Below are positions 25,029 to 39,050 of a stretch of 64,000 nt of DNA, in pieces; position 1 is the first letter of the stretch; every line of letters starts with the position of its first letter. Both the position numbers and the translations under genes were made by a program. The DNA is from the human T2T-CHM13v2.0 reference genome, Homo sapiens. Where the stretch lies: assembly GCF_009914755.1 (NCBI RefSeq), contig NC_060928.1. One strand, written 5' to 3'. The notes beneath the pieces were generated by a model. It ran no database searches. It saw nothing but the letters and a program-made list of their open reading frames with translations, and had not been told where the DNA came from.

Positions 25029-27833
25029 GTGAGTGAAACTCCTGTGGACTCCTCGGAAATCACTGGGCAGCTGCCGGGGCTCTTCATACCAGGCTTAAGG
25101 GGGCTCTTTGTCCTCAGTTTATGAGCTCTTTTATAGGAGACATTTGTTTCATGTCTGGAAACTCATGTTACTGCTTCTCCTTGGGCATTTAGTAAATACT
25201 TGTGGATTTAAATAGAACTTCTAATAATACTCTTGCAAATCCTGAAAATCTCAGACTCTCATATTAATGAAGAATGAAGTGATGATAATAGCACCTTTAT
25301 ATGCATTCAAAACTTCTTAAGATAGCAAAAAGTGTTCTGAAAATAAGTCACTCCAAGCCTTCCTTTCTCTTGTCTGCATTTTGTCCTGCTTCTTGTTGTG
25401 GAGAATCTTTGCCATCAGCCCCAGACACAAAATTTTAGAGAGATTAACCTAAAAGTAGATCAGTTGCCTTAGGAGATGGGATTTTTTTTTTCTTCCTCAT
25501 TTTAGAACTCAGATCTAAAAAAAAAAATTAGGAAAGCAGTCTGAAATTTGAATAATGTTGGAACCAGACATCATTTATGTTCATCTATCTATTCAGACAA
25601 CAAATGTGCATTTTTGAGTGCCTACTAATGGTCAGATGCTCAGAATACAGGAAAACGATGAAGGAGACAATGACTCCACCACCAAAGAGCCTATAGACTG
25701 GGGAGGGGAATTTACTGGGTAATGGGTTATTGTATATTTCTTGATCCACTTTTTCAAACTCTGGGAAAAACTTGCAGAGCTTCTCCTTTATTAGCTGTTG
25801 CCTCAGCTCAGAAGGGCTGAACTGGGGAGATCCTGGGATGCTACTGGGCAAATGGGAAAGGTGAGAAAGTGTGCTGAGAGGTTGACCAGGCTGTCAGGCT
25901 TGTTCTGGAGCAGGGAAGAGGCATGGCCAGTTGTCTAGATCACAGTATCCAGCAGGCACATTCAGTCTGGGATGGCGCTGACATCTCGGCTGTTCGGTCT
26001 GGTGGATTGAGGGTGGGGCGGGGCACAGCAAGTCAGTGGCTGTGCTCCCTGTGGCTGGTGGTGCCATGGTCCAGGTGACCCATTTATTTTTGCATATGAC
26101 ATTAAAGACTAGACATTTTGGTATTAAGGTCTATATCCTAAGAAAACCAAACTGTCAAGCACAGGGCTGCAGCCCAGAATGCTGGATTCGGAGCGGAAGC
26201 CCAAGTGTAGAGACTGTGCAAGCCTTTTAGGTGCAACAAAAAGTGGAAATTCAGAGTCCAGGATTTGGACTAATCAGAATTCCTATCAGCTGTAGGATGT
26301 GAGTCTATTGCTAGTGATGTTAGTCGTAGTCAGGACTGTCTTGGAAAGTGGGAAAAATGGGAGATAGTAGTGCCCATCCCTGAAAGAGAATCTGGGGATG
26401 GAAGGGGCTGTTATTACAGTTTGCATGTTTGAGTTTAGCTACTTATTATCACTTTAAGATATGGAGGAGCAGCTACTCTGAGAATTAAATTGCTCCCTAC
26501 GTGGCTAAAGCGTATTGGTGGATATTTACTGAGAACTCACTGAGCACAAGGTGCCAAGTTGATGTTTGAGGGGGATACAGAGGTCTTCCAGGCTACTTAA
26601 GGAGGTGAACCAAAGACACAAGTGTAGTTAACAAATGGTACAAAGCAATTTAGGGACAGTAACACCAACCAGTAATAAGGGCTGTAGGAGTTCAAGGTAG
26701 GGAGAAGTAACAAGATATGGAAGGCATTATGCGGGGGGGTGGAACCCAAAATATTTCCAGAAGAATAACCAGGATCCTGTGAGACAGAGGGAGATCTGGT
26801 GGGCTTTCTGAGCATGGTTTCACCAGGAGACAGGCCCAGCAGGTATAGCACGTGGGCCATTCATGACTAGTGAGTCCTCTAACCTGGGTGACAAACATGG
26901 TTGGTATTAAAGCATATTAGTTAAAATGGTTGGGAAATTTAGATTCAAACCAGAGTATAGAAAGTTCAAAGTTTCAGGCCAAAAAGTTTTGACTAGATTT
27001 TGTGAGCAATAGGGCCATGAGAGTTTTGGAGAGGACTGTAGCTTGACTAAGGGTGTCTTAAGGCAAGAAATCTGCAACTTGTATGGAAAATGGACTAACA
27101 TAAGGAGAGATTAGAGTCAGGGAGAAGAGTTAGAAGGTAGGACCTGAATTATATCCTTCATGATGGCTTTTTTATTTAAAATGTAACTCTGAATGTGGGC
27201 CCTAAAAATTTTATGCTAGGGCATATTTAAAAAATACATGTTTATATAAGGAGATTAGAAAAATTTAATTTTTAATGAGCTCTGTTCTAATGTCCAGAGT
27301 GTTCTTTGATAGTAAATTAGGTGATTAGGACTTGCATTAATTTTTTAAGGCTAATAGGGAACCTTTAGAAGGAGAATCACGGGACTGAGCTAAACAACTC
27401 TGGAAGCCCCCAACCCTAGAAGAGAAGGTCCTACCAAAATAAGCTGAAAAGGAAAATCTTGGCTGTCCTGGGAATTAGGTGTATTAAGTAATGGTTTTAA
27501 ATGAGGTAACCATTGTCTGGTGCTTAGAAATCATTTATTGATTAAAGACTGGTGTAATAGTATTTATTATAAAAAAGTTTGATCAGTAATTTCAGTTATT
27601 GAACTTTCAGAGAACTGTGCTGACCCCAAAGTTTACTTTTTCACTAAATGTATGACTTATCTAACACCTCTACTTTTCTCTGTAGCATTGCAATGCATTC
27701 ACTCATGTACAGATTCATCAAACATTTATGAAGCCTTTGCTCTGTGCCAGGCATTGTACTGGGCTCTGGGGATATAAAGACAAATCAAATATGGAGCTTG
27801 CATACAAGAAATGGACTCTTTAGTGAATGAAAG

Positions 27834-28221
27834 TGTTAGTTTGCTAGGGCTGCCATAACAAAATACCACAGACTGGGTGGCTCAAACAATGGAAATTTAT
27901 TTTCTCCAAGTTTTGGAGGCTGGAAGTCCAAGATCAAGGTGCCCGCAGGCTTGGCTTACTCGGAGGCCACTCTCCTTAGCTTGTAGATGGTGGCCCTCTT
28001 GCTGCCTCCTCTTTGCACATGTGCCCCTGTTTCCCTCCGCATGTCCTAATCTTCTCTTCTTATAACTATATTGGTCACATTGGATCAGGACCCATCCTTT
28101 AATATCCTTATTTTAACTTAATTACCTCTTTAAAGGCCCTATATCCAACTACAGATATTCTGAGGTACTGGGATATGGCCTCAACACATGAATTTTCAGA
28201 GAATGAATTCAGCCCACAACA
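27834..28221 (-). mobile_element. MLT1 (A/B/C-like) MaLR LTR, inserted in an L2 fragment
   Basis: tgttagtttgctagggctgccataacaaaataccacagactgggtggct...ggaggctggaagtccaagatcaaggtg...attcagcccacaaca. Confidence 0.8.
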
Positions 28222-31216
28222 GAAGGGAGTGGGTGTTTAGTATGATATTGCTGTGGTACTCTGTGCATAGTGCAGGATATGAGATGAGCCCATGGAACAG
28301 GACCCTGACCCACACTGGAGTGTGTGTATGTGAGTGTGTGGAGTGGGTATGAAAGCTTTCCGGAGGATGTCACAACTGAGATGATTTTAAAGGTGAGTGA
28401 GAATTAGAGGAATTTGGAGCTTTGGAGGCAGAACATTTCAGAAAATGGGCCAAAGAGGATTATTTATTGAGACACCCATAAAGAGTTGAGTCCTGTGACA
28501 GTGGTGAGACTTGAAGTGGGAGGGAGCAGGACTGGTCTGTAGGGCCTTGGTACACCCGTGGGGATGCCTTGAAGATTCTGGGAAGTGTCGCGACTGCATT
28601 TCTGTGAAGAGAAAGATCTGCGGAAGATGGCTTGGAAGAAAACACTGAGGCAGAAAGTTCTTTAGGAGGTAGCTGCAGAAATCCAGATGAGAGAAATCCT
28701 CTAATGAGAACGTTGCTGAGGGGATAAAGAGAAGGGGTCACGATTTCACCAGGTATTAATAGTATGTTAGGTTGGCTCATCTCAGATTGCTGTTTTGTCT
28801 GCAAAAATGGTCTGAGTGGCAATTTCATATGATTTAACATAATAGAAGCAACAGAGGTTGGTGCTCCCTCAGCCCTGGGGGGTAAGGGAGAAGGAGCTTT
28901 GCAGATAGTTTCCAGGTTTCTGGTCACAGAAATTCGAGGGGTGGGAATACCATTTACCAAGGGTAGGAATAGATCTAGGAGGCAGTGAGGAAAACAGTGT
29001 GCTTGAATTTGGCCAAGCTCAATTTGGGGTGAGAGTTGGACATCCCAGAGTGTCTCTCCAGCAGGAGGTTAAACGTATAAATTGACAGGTTTCTTACTCT
29101 AGCTACTAGGAGCTTGTCTCCTCTCTCAGTGTTGCCCTGAACCTAAAGTCCTGGAGTTGTTTTTAACTAAAGTATTGCCTCAGTCAGGTCATAGTTAACC
29201 TCATAGAATGTTTAGGTGACTTTTATCTAAACTCAGGAAGGTGTTAGGAGAAACCATGTGATGACAGGCAAAGCCGAGGATAATCTACCTTGTGCGGGGC
29301 TGGCAATGTAATATCCTCTCCGTGTCCTTGGGAAGTCCTAGCTCATGGGAAGTCCCGGAGAAGGACCCTCTCTGCCTGCTCTTTCGTGTATGTCCAAGCG
29401 CCTCCAGGGTGGTAGGGTTTCCTCTCAGGATGCATTCTCTATTTGACTTGGAGACCTCTTAATTGTACTTAGCTGTTTAAAAAAGAAAATGACATCAAAT
29501 CCAGCACACCGCCAAGAGTAAACCCATCCTGGGAGCAGGTCCAGTAACCTCAGTGTGTCTCACATATGGAGATGTCATATGTGTGGGGTTTCTTCCTCCA
29601 AGTCTATCAAAGCAAATATAAAGTATGTGAGATTTAGGCCAGAGCTGCAGGTTTTCAACAAAGATAAATGAACTGAGGTGAGAGGCAGCTGTGCATAATT
29701 GCGGGAGACACAGTTACTTTCTATATGGAAAGCCAGGTTTTCTTTTGTCATAGATTAGAAAAAATTTTTTTTTTGCCCACATCTCAACAACATTAACAGA
29801 AAACTCCAAAGCCTGAGGTGCTTTCTGCATTTCTCTTTCTCAGCTAAAAGCTTCCTCTTGTTCATAGAATAGGGTAAGAATTAAAAGGAAAACAGATAAA
29901 CACCTGGGGGCGGGGGAATGTCCACATGCAGATGCATTTTTTAAACAATGCTTTGAGTTTTGTGGACTGCCTGATGGGATGGCTATGTTTTTGAGTTCTT
30001 ATGTAGAAAGAAGATAATATCAAGGGTAATATTGCAGAGGGGAAGACCTGAAAAATTAAAATAGTTTTTTTTGGGTAGTGAAAGTCTGGGGGATTAAAAA
30101 TTTGTTATTGTTTATGAAGTATTTTTTTAAATGCAGGTTTGCTCTTTCCACAAATCTGTGTGAGAATGTGAGCAAAAGAAGACAAATATCAGTAAAGAAA
30201 TATACTTTGAGTATTTTCATACTGTATTCCTATTCCACAGAACTCAAATTCTAAACAATGGTTAATAGGTGTTGCATGCAACAAAAACAAAAACAAAAAA
30301 ACCTCCTGGCCAGATAAATTTGGGATTGACTCGGTTACATAAAGGTAAGCAACTTTCTTTATTGCAGGATTTCTGAGAACCTTAAAAATGCATATGTGTG
30401 CTGTGAATCTTTAAGATGAAGATGGCCAAACATCATTTCCCGAGCACTGAATTGAAGACCCCTTCCCTTTATTATAGCCTCTTACAGGGTTAGCCAGTGA
30501 TATGCAGAACAATATTTTGGAAGTCCTTAACTAACTGATATTTATACTTTGAACAATTGGTTTGCACCCCATAAAGGTAAAAGAAAATCATGAACCTGTA
30601 TGCAGGTTGTAGACCAACTGACTTCCCTCCCTCCCTCCCTCCCTCCCTCCCTCTCTCTCTCTCTTCTACCCTACCTTCTTTCTTTTCTCTGTGGGCAGGC
30701 AGAGAGGTCACGCAAGGAGGTGCGGGTTTGCCACCCTTTTGCCTGCTGAAGAGCATTGCTGTTAACATTTTTCTTCCACATCATAAATAAACACTTTTGA
30801 GTCCTTTCCATGATTTTTCCCATTTATTGTCACCATTTCTGAAAGAAGGGCACTAAAAATGTGGTGAAAAAGTAAAATTGCTCAAATTTAAAGAGCAACA
30901 CATCTTTATTTTGGAATAAGCTGATACAACTGCAGCACTGAATAACAGGGGGGAAAACCCAGTTTAAGTTGAACATAATTAAGAACCCTGGAGGGAGCCT
31001 GGTACGAGCCAGGGCACCAGCTCTCTGTCTCCCCTCCAGACACAGTGACTGGAAGCCAGAGAAGTGAGAGCCAGTTCTGTTTTAAAGCAGCTTCTACTGT
31101 GCGGGGGAGGTGGGTTGGCACCGCCCTATATCTTGCTGTGGCTGCTTCTGCAGTTATAAATGGAAAGGAAGAAAAGAGCCATAAACTTTAAACATGTAGC
31201 TGTTGTTGCCTTATTT

Positions 31217-31326
31217 TGATCACCAAATCCTACCCATCCATCCCTCAATGCCTGGTTCAGATTCCTTCCCCTGATCACCAAATCCTACCCATCCATCCCT
31301 CAATGCCTGGTTCAGATTCCTTCCCC
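31217..31326. repeat. Perfect 55-bp tandem duplication
   Basis: tgatcaccaaatcctacccatccatccctcaatgcctggttcagattccttcccc x2. Confidence 0.97.
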
Positions 31327-31675
31327 TCCAGGACCAGCTTCTGCTTGGCATCTCCCCTGTTAGAATTTCTAGTATGCTGATTATTTCTACCATTTACCTA
31401 GCACTTGGGCTTTGATCAGCTCACGTTCTCTGTGAGTGATCTTTTCATGGGTATCTAATAATAGGTGCCAGTTCTGAGGGCTTATTATATGAAAAGTGCT
31501 GTGCTAATTGCTTTGAATGCATTTTACCATTTAACATTCGCAATGATCCTCGAAGGTAGGTACTAATTTTATCCCCATTTTTACATGTAAGGAGACTGAA
31601 ACTGTCTAACAGAGGTTAAGTACCGACTCCAAATGATAAAAGTCAGGAATGATTGATCCGAGATTTGAACCCAGA

Positions 31676-31732
31676 GAATGTGATTCCAGAGTCTGGAATG
31701 TGATTCCAGAGTCTGGAATGTGATTCCAGAGT
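31676..31732. repeat. 20-bp minisatellite x~2.9
   Basis: gaatgtgattccagagtctg repeated. Confidence 0.95.
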
Positions 31733-34700
31733 ACTCAACCATTTTGTACTCCATGATGCAAGTACAATTGCTTGCACACAATCGGGGCTCAAGAATGATT
31801 TTTTTTTTTTTGGTTGGTGAATTAAAAAGTGCATTGGTAGGTGGATTACTTGATTGGTGGATTAAAAGTCAGTGTGATAAATAGAGTGGCTCGGAGAGGC
31901 ACTGTTGGGAAACATTGCACGAACTTGCTGGTCTGTTTTAAATGCTAAGGAAGCTGATTTAGACTGCCACATGTACATGCGTTTCCATTGTATTTGATCC
32001 TTATTAAATGAATAAACTTCAAAGAAAAACGTTAATGCATACTACATTTTAATAATTTATTTCACTCCACATTTACTTTAATCTTTTCCAATACATACAT
32101 ACGTGCATTGTTTTCAGTTGTAGTCAACAGCTATGGTATTTCTTTGTTCTGTTCTCTAAAATATCACTTTAAATGACATATTTCCATATGTTGGCAAATA
32201 TTGGAAGAATCTACATAATTGTCATTTTTAATGCCTAAGTCATATTCCGTTGTGTTTGGGTAACTTAATTTGGCCATTTTCCTGTTGTGGATCTGGGCCG
32301 TTAAAAGCAGGAGATAGTTTTACTTGTTGGTCCATGACTTCCAAGGCTACAGCTATGATTAGATATGTGTTTCATGTCATTATTAATACTAGTAATGGTG
32401 TGTTTATAAAGTTTTATAATTTTCAAAGCATTTTCTTATGGATCTCCTTTAATCATCCCCGGAAGCCCCCCTGAAGAATTGGAAATGCTGGTAATTCCCA
32501 TTTTGTTGACTGGTGAATTAAGACTCAGTAGAGTACCAAGCTAGCACTTGGATGGTCCTCAAGAACTGTTGGGTAGAATTAAGGACTTGAATCAGCTGTC
32601 CTCATATCTAATCCTCTTCTGATGCCTCATATGATAATTATGACAAGGATCTTTCTTCTTAGTGTGAGTCATATTTTGGTTCTTATCTCCTCTTTTTCAA
32701 CTTCCTCTTTATTCCTTCTAGTCCTGTTCTTCTATCTCTGTATTTTTTTTCAATTTGCTCGTGTCTTCTATTTTTTTAACACTTGCTTCTTTATTTTCCT
32801 TATCTTCTTTTTTTGTGTTTTGTAATGCACTTTCTTTTCTTATTTCTCATCTTGTCACCCTATCTCTTATTGCTTGAATCATGAATTGCATATCCACCCT
32901 CTCTACAGAACTTTCAATGATTGTCTTTCTTGCTCTCTCAAATTTTGTTTTATTTAAGAGATCAATCTCTCTGCAAAGGGGTGATTGAATATTTCAAGGC
33001 ATTTATTATGTTTTTGAGCTTTTCCTTTTAGGAAAAAAGAACATGACCTATGCTTAAATTGAGTCCTTCCTAAATTAAAAAAAAAAAAAAATCTTGTATT
33101 TTCTCCTTCATGTGACATTTACCAAACAATACCTTCTCTAGCTTTCATAATGAGAGAAGGACCTTACTTGTAAGCTTTCAGCTTGTAAAACCTCCCAACA
33201 AAGTCAGTATTGCTGTTTCTTCCTAACAACTATAGGTCAGGGCTTGAATTGCAGAGAAAGTTTTTGTGGGTGTATGTTGAAAGAACACAGCTGAATTGAG
33301 ACTTACAGGTTATCCTCTTCAGTACTGAAGGTAGCAAAACTGCTAAGGCTACATTTACCTGCTTTTACACACCTGTGAATTTCTGTGGCTTACTTTTAAT
33401 AGGTAAAAACAGTGAATTGATTGCAAACATGAGCATCAGCGTCAATGTTGATTCTGATTGGGCCCACTAATAACTCATGTTTATTGAACACTCATTGTGT
33501 GCCAGTTCATCACATATATTATGTCATTTAATTCTGGTTGCAAGCACAGGAAGTTGGTCCTGTGATTAGTACCATCTGCATTTTACAGGCCAAGATAAGA
33601 TTAAGGATGAGATTAGAGATGTTAACCCACTTACCCAACGTGTCACAGTTAGTAAGTCCTGGAGCTGGGCTCTGAATCCAAGGAGCGCACTTCAGAGGGC
33701 ACATATATGATCACTGTGTCATCAGCCTTCATCACTGATCTAGTTTCCATAAGACCCTCTCTTGCTTCTCGACATCATTTTATTCACTTCCTTTTGATGC
33801 TTTGTGGTTTTGACCCTCATGGCCTTCCCACGCACTCCCTACACACTCTCTTCACTCTCAGTCTACAACTCTGCTTTCTTTTTTGTTTAGAAGATTTATA
33901 TTATCTGATAAAACAAAACAAACAAACCTCATCTTTTCTCCTCAAATCTTTCTCTTCTATTACCTCTTTTTCCTTCCTTTGAGAAAGGAGCTCCCTCATT
34001 CTGCCCTGGGGAGCTCCTCCCCCAGTGTCCCAGAGCCCATCTGCCTTCCTGAGCTGATCTCTCCACTCAGGTGTTTCCTCTTCTGCTTACAGATTCATCT
34101 CCCTCCTTTTCTCTTCATTTTTCCTGCTCCTCTTCCTCTCCCATCTTCTTTCCTCCAGGGCCCTTGTGTCTTTCACAGCTTAAATCTTCATTTCTATTTT
34201 CTCCTTAGATTTCATCCCAAGTGCATGTGATAATCCCCTCCAGATCCTCATTTCTCTCTTCCTGCTGGACATCTGATCACAGGAAAACTGCAAAGAAAAC
34301 CCTTCATCTTCATCCCTCCCACCTCCACAGGTGCTTTTCTTCCTTCTCTTGACTTCCTTGTCCACCCACTACTGATTTTTCAATTGGCACAATTCAAAAC
34401 CATTTAGTTACCTTTGCTTCTTGACAACCCCTCTTCCATATTGCAATCACTGCCATATCTCATAGATACTGCATATCTCTGTTTCTGCTGCAAAAACCCT
34501 AAGTGCTTCTTTCTTAGATGACAGCCTCGTTTTTCTCTTTCTGCTAGAGGGTCTTCCTCACTAAAGCTCTCCTAGTCCTTCCCAAGACGAGGGAGGAGAA
34601 CTTTTCTTGAATATCAACTTTGGTTTATAAAACACTCTTTGACACTGAAAACTTGTCGATGCCTTCCCATTGCCCATTGCATTAGCTGTAAATCCTTCAC

Positions 34701-34956
34701 CCTGATTTTCAAGGTCCCTGATTTCCTTGGTTTCTGAGTGAACGTCCAAAGCTCCAGCCATGCTGGTTCTCTTCCCCACGCCACACTGCTCTGTTCCTGT
34801 GTGCCTCTGTGCTGTTACATGCTCTTCCCTTCTAACAAGGGTGTCCTCAACTGGCACCATCTGCAAACATCAAATAAGCACTCAAGTTCAAGTTCCTCTT
34901 ATTCACTTTGGATAAAATATTCTCTGATCCTTCTTTGACACCTGTTGCATTTGGGA

Positions 34957-35014
34957 TGTGTATGTGTGTGTGTGTATGTGTGTGCGTGTGTGTGTGTTTT
35001 TTTTTTTTTTTTTT
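34957..35014. repeat. (TG)n + poly(T) microsatellite
   Basis: Read directly; other STRs at 7850-7890 (CT), 9576-9610 (TG), 11920-11946 poly(T), 30624-30670 (CCCT/CT), 38004-38046 (CA/GA), 54580-54619 (AAT). Confidence 0.9.
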
Positions 35015-38000
35015 GGTCATCCCTTCCTAAGCATCTTGAGAGAAGGATTGAAGTCTGATTCAATCCTATATTACCTTCCACAGTGCCTCATACTCAGCTG
35101 ACTTGCCATAAATGTTAATTGAAGTGAACTGTTTTCTTTTGTGGAGCTAAACTGAGTAAAACATAAATTGGATACAAAGCTTCAAGATACATGGTAAGAG
35201 TGATGCTCATGACGTGTTGTTGGCAGTGCAAGCTGGCACCAAAACCTAGAGCTTTGCTTTTACATTTGACACTGCCACTCGCCACCTCCCCTTACCCTCC
35301 CCACTTCAAGCTGTTTCCTCGGCTCCTACGGCAGCCTTCCCAACACATTGGTGAGTTTGTCTACACTGGGTAGAAATCACTGCCCTATAACATGAAGGTC
35401 ATTCTGTTGTCGTGTTTTATTTGGTTAGTTTTTTAAGAGTAAAACAATAGCCACAGACACTGAAGAAAGAAGTCTCATTTGGTTGGTTGGTTTTGTTTTG
35501 TTTTGTAGCTTTTGTACTAATTCAAAGCCTCTAAAGAGAATACATGATTTGTAAGAGCTTACGGGTGGGCTGAGCACAAAGTAATGATCAAAAGGGAAAG
35601 AGATAGGATGCTTCTTTTTCTTCTGTCATCTGTATGTTATTTTCTGGATTCCTGCCATACTTATCTCACAAGCAGAAACCCATCAATTTTAAAAGTGGCA
35701 TTAGAATTCAAATTCTATGCCCTTTAAAGGCCCTGAGTTTTGGCATGAAATCATTTCTTTTTCACCTGACGAAGAACAGCTACAAGTGCTGATTATTTTG
35801 ACCACTTCCAAATACACTTAATGTCGTTGCATTAAGAACCTAATGGACTGACAGGACATTATTAAAAATCTCACTGTGTGTCTAAATTTGTCTTTATAGG
35901 TCATTATTTATCAGCTAAGGAGTCACTGCTCCATAAAACCAACATCCAAAGCCATTGCGTCGACAGTACACATTTACTTTAATATCTTCAAGCTTTTTTG
36001 ATTTTGATCCAAAGATGTGAAATAAATTATTTCACTGCCATGTGCTTCCATCCGTCATGATTGTGGGTAATCCTCACTGATCCTTGAAGCAGAGCCTTTG
36101 TGATTTGAAGAAAGCATCACATATTGATGACCACATGCAATTTCCTCACAGCTGCAGGGTGACATATTAGAGGATTCTACAGCTGCTGAGTCAAAATATT
36201 AATATTTTTATCTGTTTAAATTTCTAGCATGTCTACGTGCTGTGCATATTTAGAAAACAATTGGAATCTTCTGCTTGCTTAAAAACAATAAATGCATTTA
36301 TTTCAGCTGGAGCTAATACTCCATTTTCGGGCTACCTTGTAATGTGTTTATTAATTTGCTTGTTTACAGTGCTAATTTACTGCATTTATTAGCAAGGAGG
36401 TACATATACAAACAACTGGAATTCCATCTGTGCTCCCCCCACATACTTATTATACATCAGTAATCTGAAACAGCCAAAGCATAAATGTATCCTGGGCCTC
36501 TCTTCTTTCCTTGTGACTCTTAATGAGTCTTATATTTAAAGACTCTACTGTAATTGCAATAGTGACAGACAAGAATTTACTTGCTGAGTAGTAGCGGGAG
36601 GAATCTGAGAGACAGGCTCCAGAATAGGCACTGTTTTTAAGGAATTAACGGATACACGCTCCCTATTTAAACATATTTGAGGTCAGCCTGCCTTTTTTTG
36701 ATTACAGGCAGGAAGGTCAGATGCAGATGCCTTACTGCACAGATGGGGCTTTTTGGATGGGACATTAATCCTTGCAGAAGCTGCTAGAGTGGTGGGTTGG
36801 AAATTCAATTCCCTTATTTTAGTAATTGCAGTCTGATACAAGTTAAACAGTGACCGTATACACTTCCTCTACTGTGTCCTGTGAAATTGTTTTCAGTATC
36901 ACCTGTGGGCAGGAACAGGCATGGAAGGCAGACTGGAGTATTTTAGGGGGAATTCACCCTGGAATTTGTTGGTCTCTCTGAGGATGCTGCCATTTTAAGG
37001 ACACAGTTTCTGACAGATGTGCTTCTATGGTGTGGGCCCATCAAAGATCTGAATTAGAGGGCTCATCAGACGGTTACCACCAAATAAGAAGAATTCACGA
37101 GTTGCCTCCCAATCAGATTAGTTTGTAGAAAATATGCCCATAGACTTTACTGTGAGTAAAATGACTGGTGTCATAGCAGTTTATTGGGTCACATAGTTAC
37201 CTCCCACGGTGCCTACATGTGGGGCTCATACCACCTCTTAATTATGTTTAGATTGTATAATTAATACATTTGGCTGGCCACGGGGGTAGTTCTGTCTCTT
37301 TATTATCTCCAATTGTAACTGACGAGACAGTTGGAAATTGTCACACATGCAGCCGAGTAGCACCCTTTTTCTCCTGGCCTGAAGTGGATTTTGAAAACCA
37401 GGTGATGCAACCCATATTGACCTTTTTCGTGGGCCTTCAAATTCTCCATGATTTCCTAGTATTTTTACTCCAATAACCTTTTCCCCCCTCTAACAACTGT
37501 GTGGGAGCTACCTACTCGGTACCACTGATTTGGCCAAATTCCACTTTGTTTTCCTTTTAAAAGGAGTTCTGAGAACTGACCATGAGTGAAAAGGTCTTCC
37601 CCAGTCATGCAAAGAGAAACCACAAGTGTGTTTTTCTTCCTTCTCAAGGATCTCCATTCCTGGTCACAATAGTTTTCATGTATTTGCATCATAATATTCT
37701 TAATATGCCTACTCCAGCATAAGCCCCTTGAGAACAATTCAGCAGAGGGATGTTTTTGGCAGAAAAGGGGCTTCTGCAGATGCAATGGAGGGGAGGAGGG
37801 GAGAGAACAGTTAGGAGCCTGCTTTCCTCCTCCAGCAAGGGTTTCATGGCAAGAGCTGTTGTATGTCAGAGTTTTCTTAGATTGTTAGTTTTCTGCTTTG
37901 GTTTGATGTCTTCTCCTAACATGAGTTGCCTTTCATATAAAAAAAATTCTCATTTAAATCTATAACAAAAACACAGAGACCTTGGTAAATAAACTGAAAA

Positions 38001-38753
38001 AAGACACACACACACACGCATACACACACAGACAGAGAGAGAGAGATTCCCAATTGCCTTTACCATAAAATCCAGACTTCTTTTCTTGACTTACAATGTC
38101 TTGCAAAACTGGCCTACCCAGGTACCGAGAGGCTCTTTTGTGTGTTCTTTAAGATCCAGCCATGTTGAACTTTTCTCAGTTCCTTGAAGGCATCCTGTTC
38201 TGTTCAACTTCTGGGTTGCCTAAGCTTTCCCTCCTCTTGGAACCCTTTCCAAACATTCTCCCCCTGCCCTGCTCCTGTTGCAGCTAACTGCCACCAGTGT
38301 TCTTGTCTCAGCCTCCTCTGGGAGGTCTTTCCTGGCCCTTGGACTAAGTTGGTACCCCTGTTATGTACTTTCATGGCACCCTATCATTATCCCTGTAGCA
38401 TTCTACAGGACGTTTGTAACAGTCTCATGCCAGTCCTCCACCTCAGTGTCCACCATGTTTTCAGGTTGCTCAGCACACTGTGTCCCCATGACAAAATTTG
38501 GAGACAGCCCTCTTGAAGGCAAGAAACATAGCCCAAGCCCACTCTACTATTGGAATCTTGAACATTCTACTGGGTTACTTCCAACCTGTTCCATAAGAGG
38601 GGCAGGCAGGAGCAAAGGGAATGGTTCCTCTGCTTTTTCTTCCCCTTCAGTTTGAAGGTTTTTTAGGTTGGGGTAGGGAGATGGAGAGTGTAGGGGTTGT
38701 GTTGGTGGGGGGCCTGGGTCTGTTAGTTCCAATGCACATTAAAGAACTTTTTC

Positions 38754-39050
38754 GGCCGGGTGAGGTGGCTTATACCTGTAATCCCATCACTTTGGGAAAC
38801 CAAGGAGGGAAGATTGCTTGAGGCCAGGAGTTTGACACCAGCCTGGGCAATATAGTGAGACTCCTGTCTGTATGAAAAATAAAAGAATTAGGCGGACCCG
38901 GTGGTACACACCTATAGGTCCAGCTACTCAAGAGAATGAAGCAGGAGGATCCTGGAGCCCCGAGTTCAAGGTTTCAGTGAGATATGATTTTGCCTCTGTA
39001 CGCCAGTGTGGGCAACAGAGGGACACTTTGTCTTACCAAACAAAAAAGAC
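38754..39050 (+). mobile_element. AluJ (diverged)
   Basis: ggccgggtgaggtggcttatacctgtaatccc...; A-rich tail. Confidence 0.9.

Noticed and set aside
29561-29583. Short hairpin CACATATG-N7-CATATGTG (and GATCCA-N7-TGGATC near 55680)
   Set aside because: Stems of 6-8 bp are expected by chance in 64 kb.
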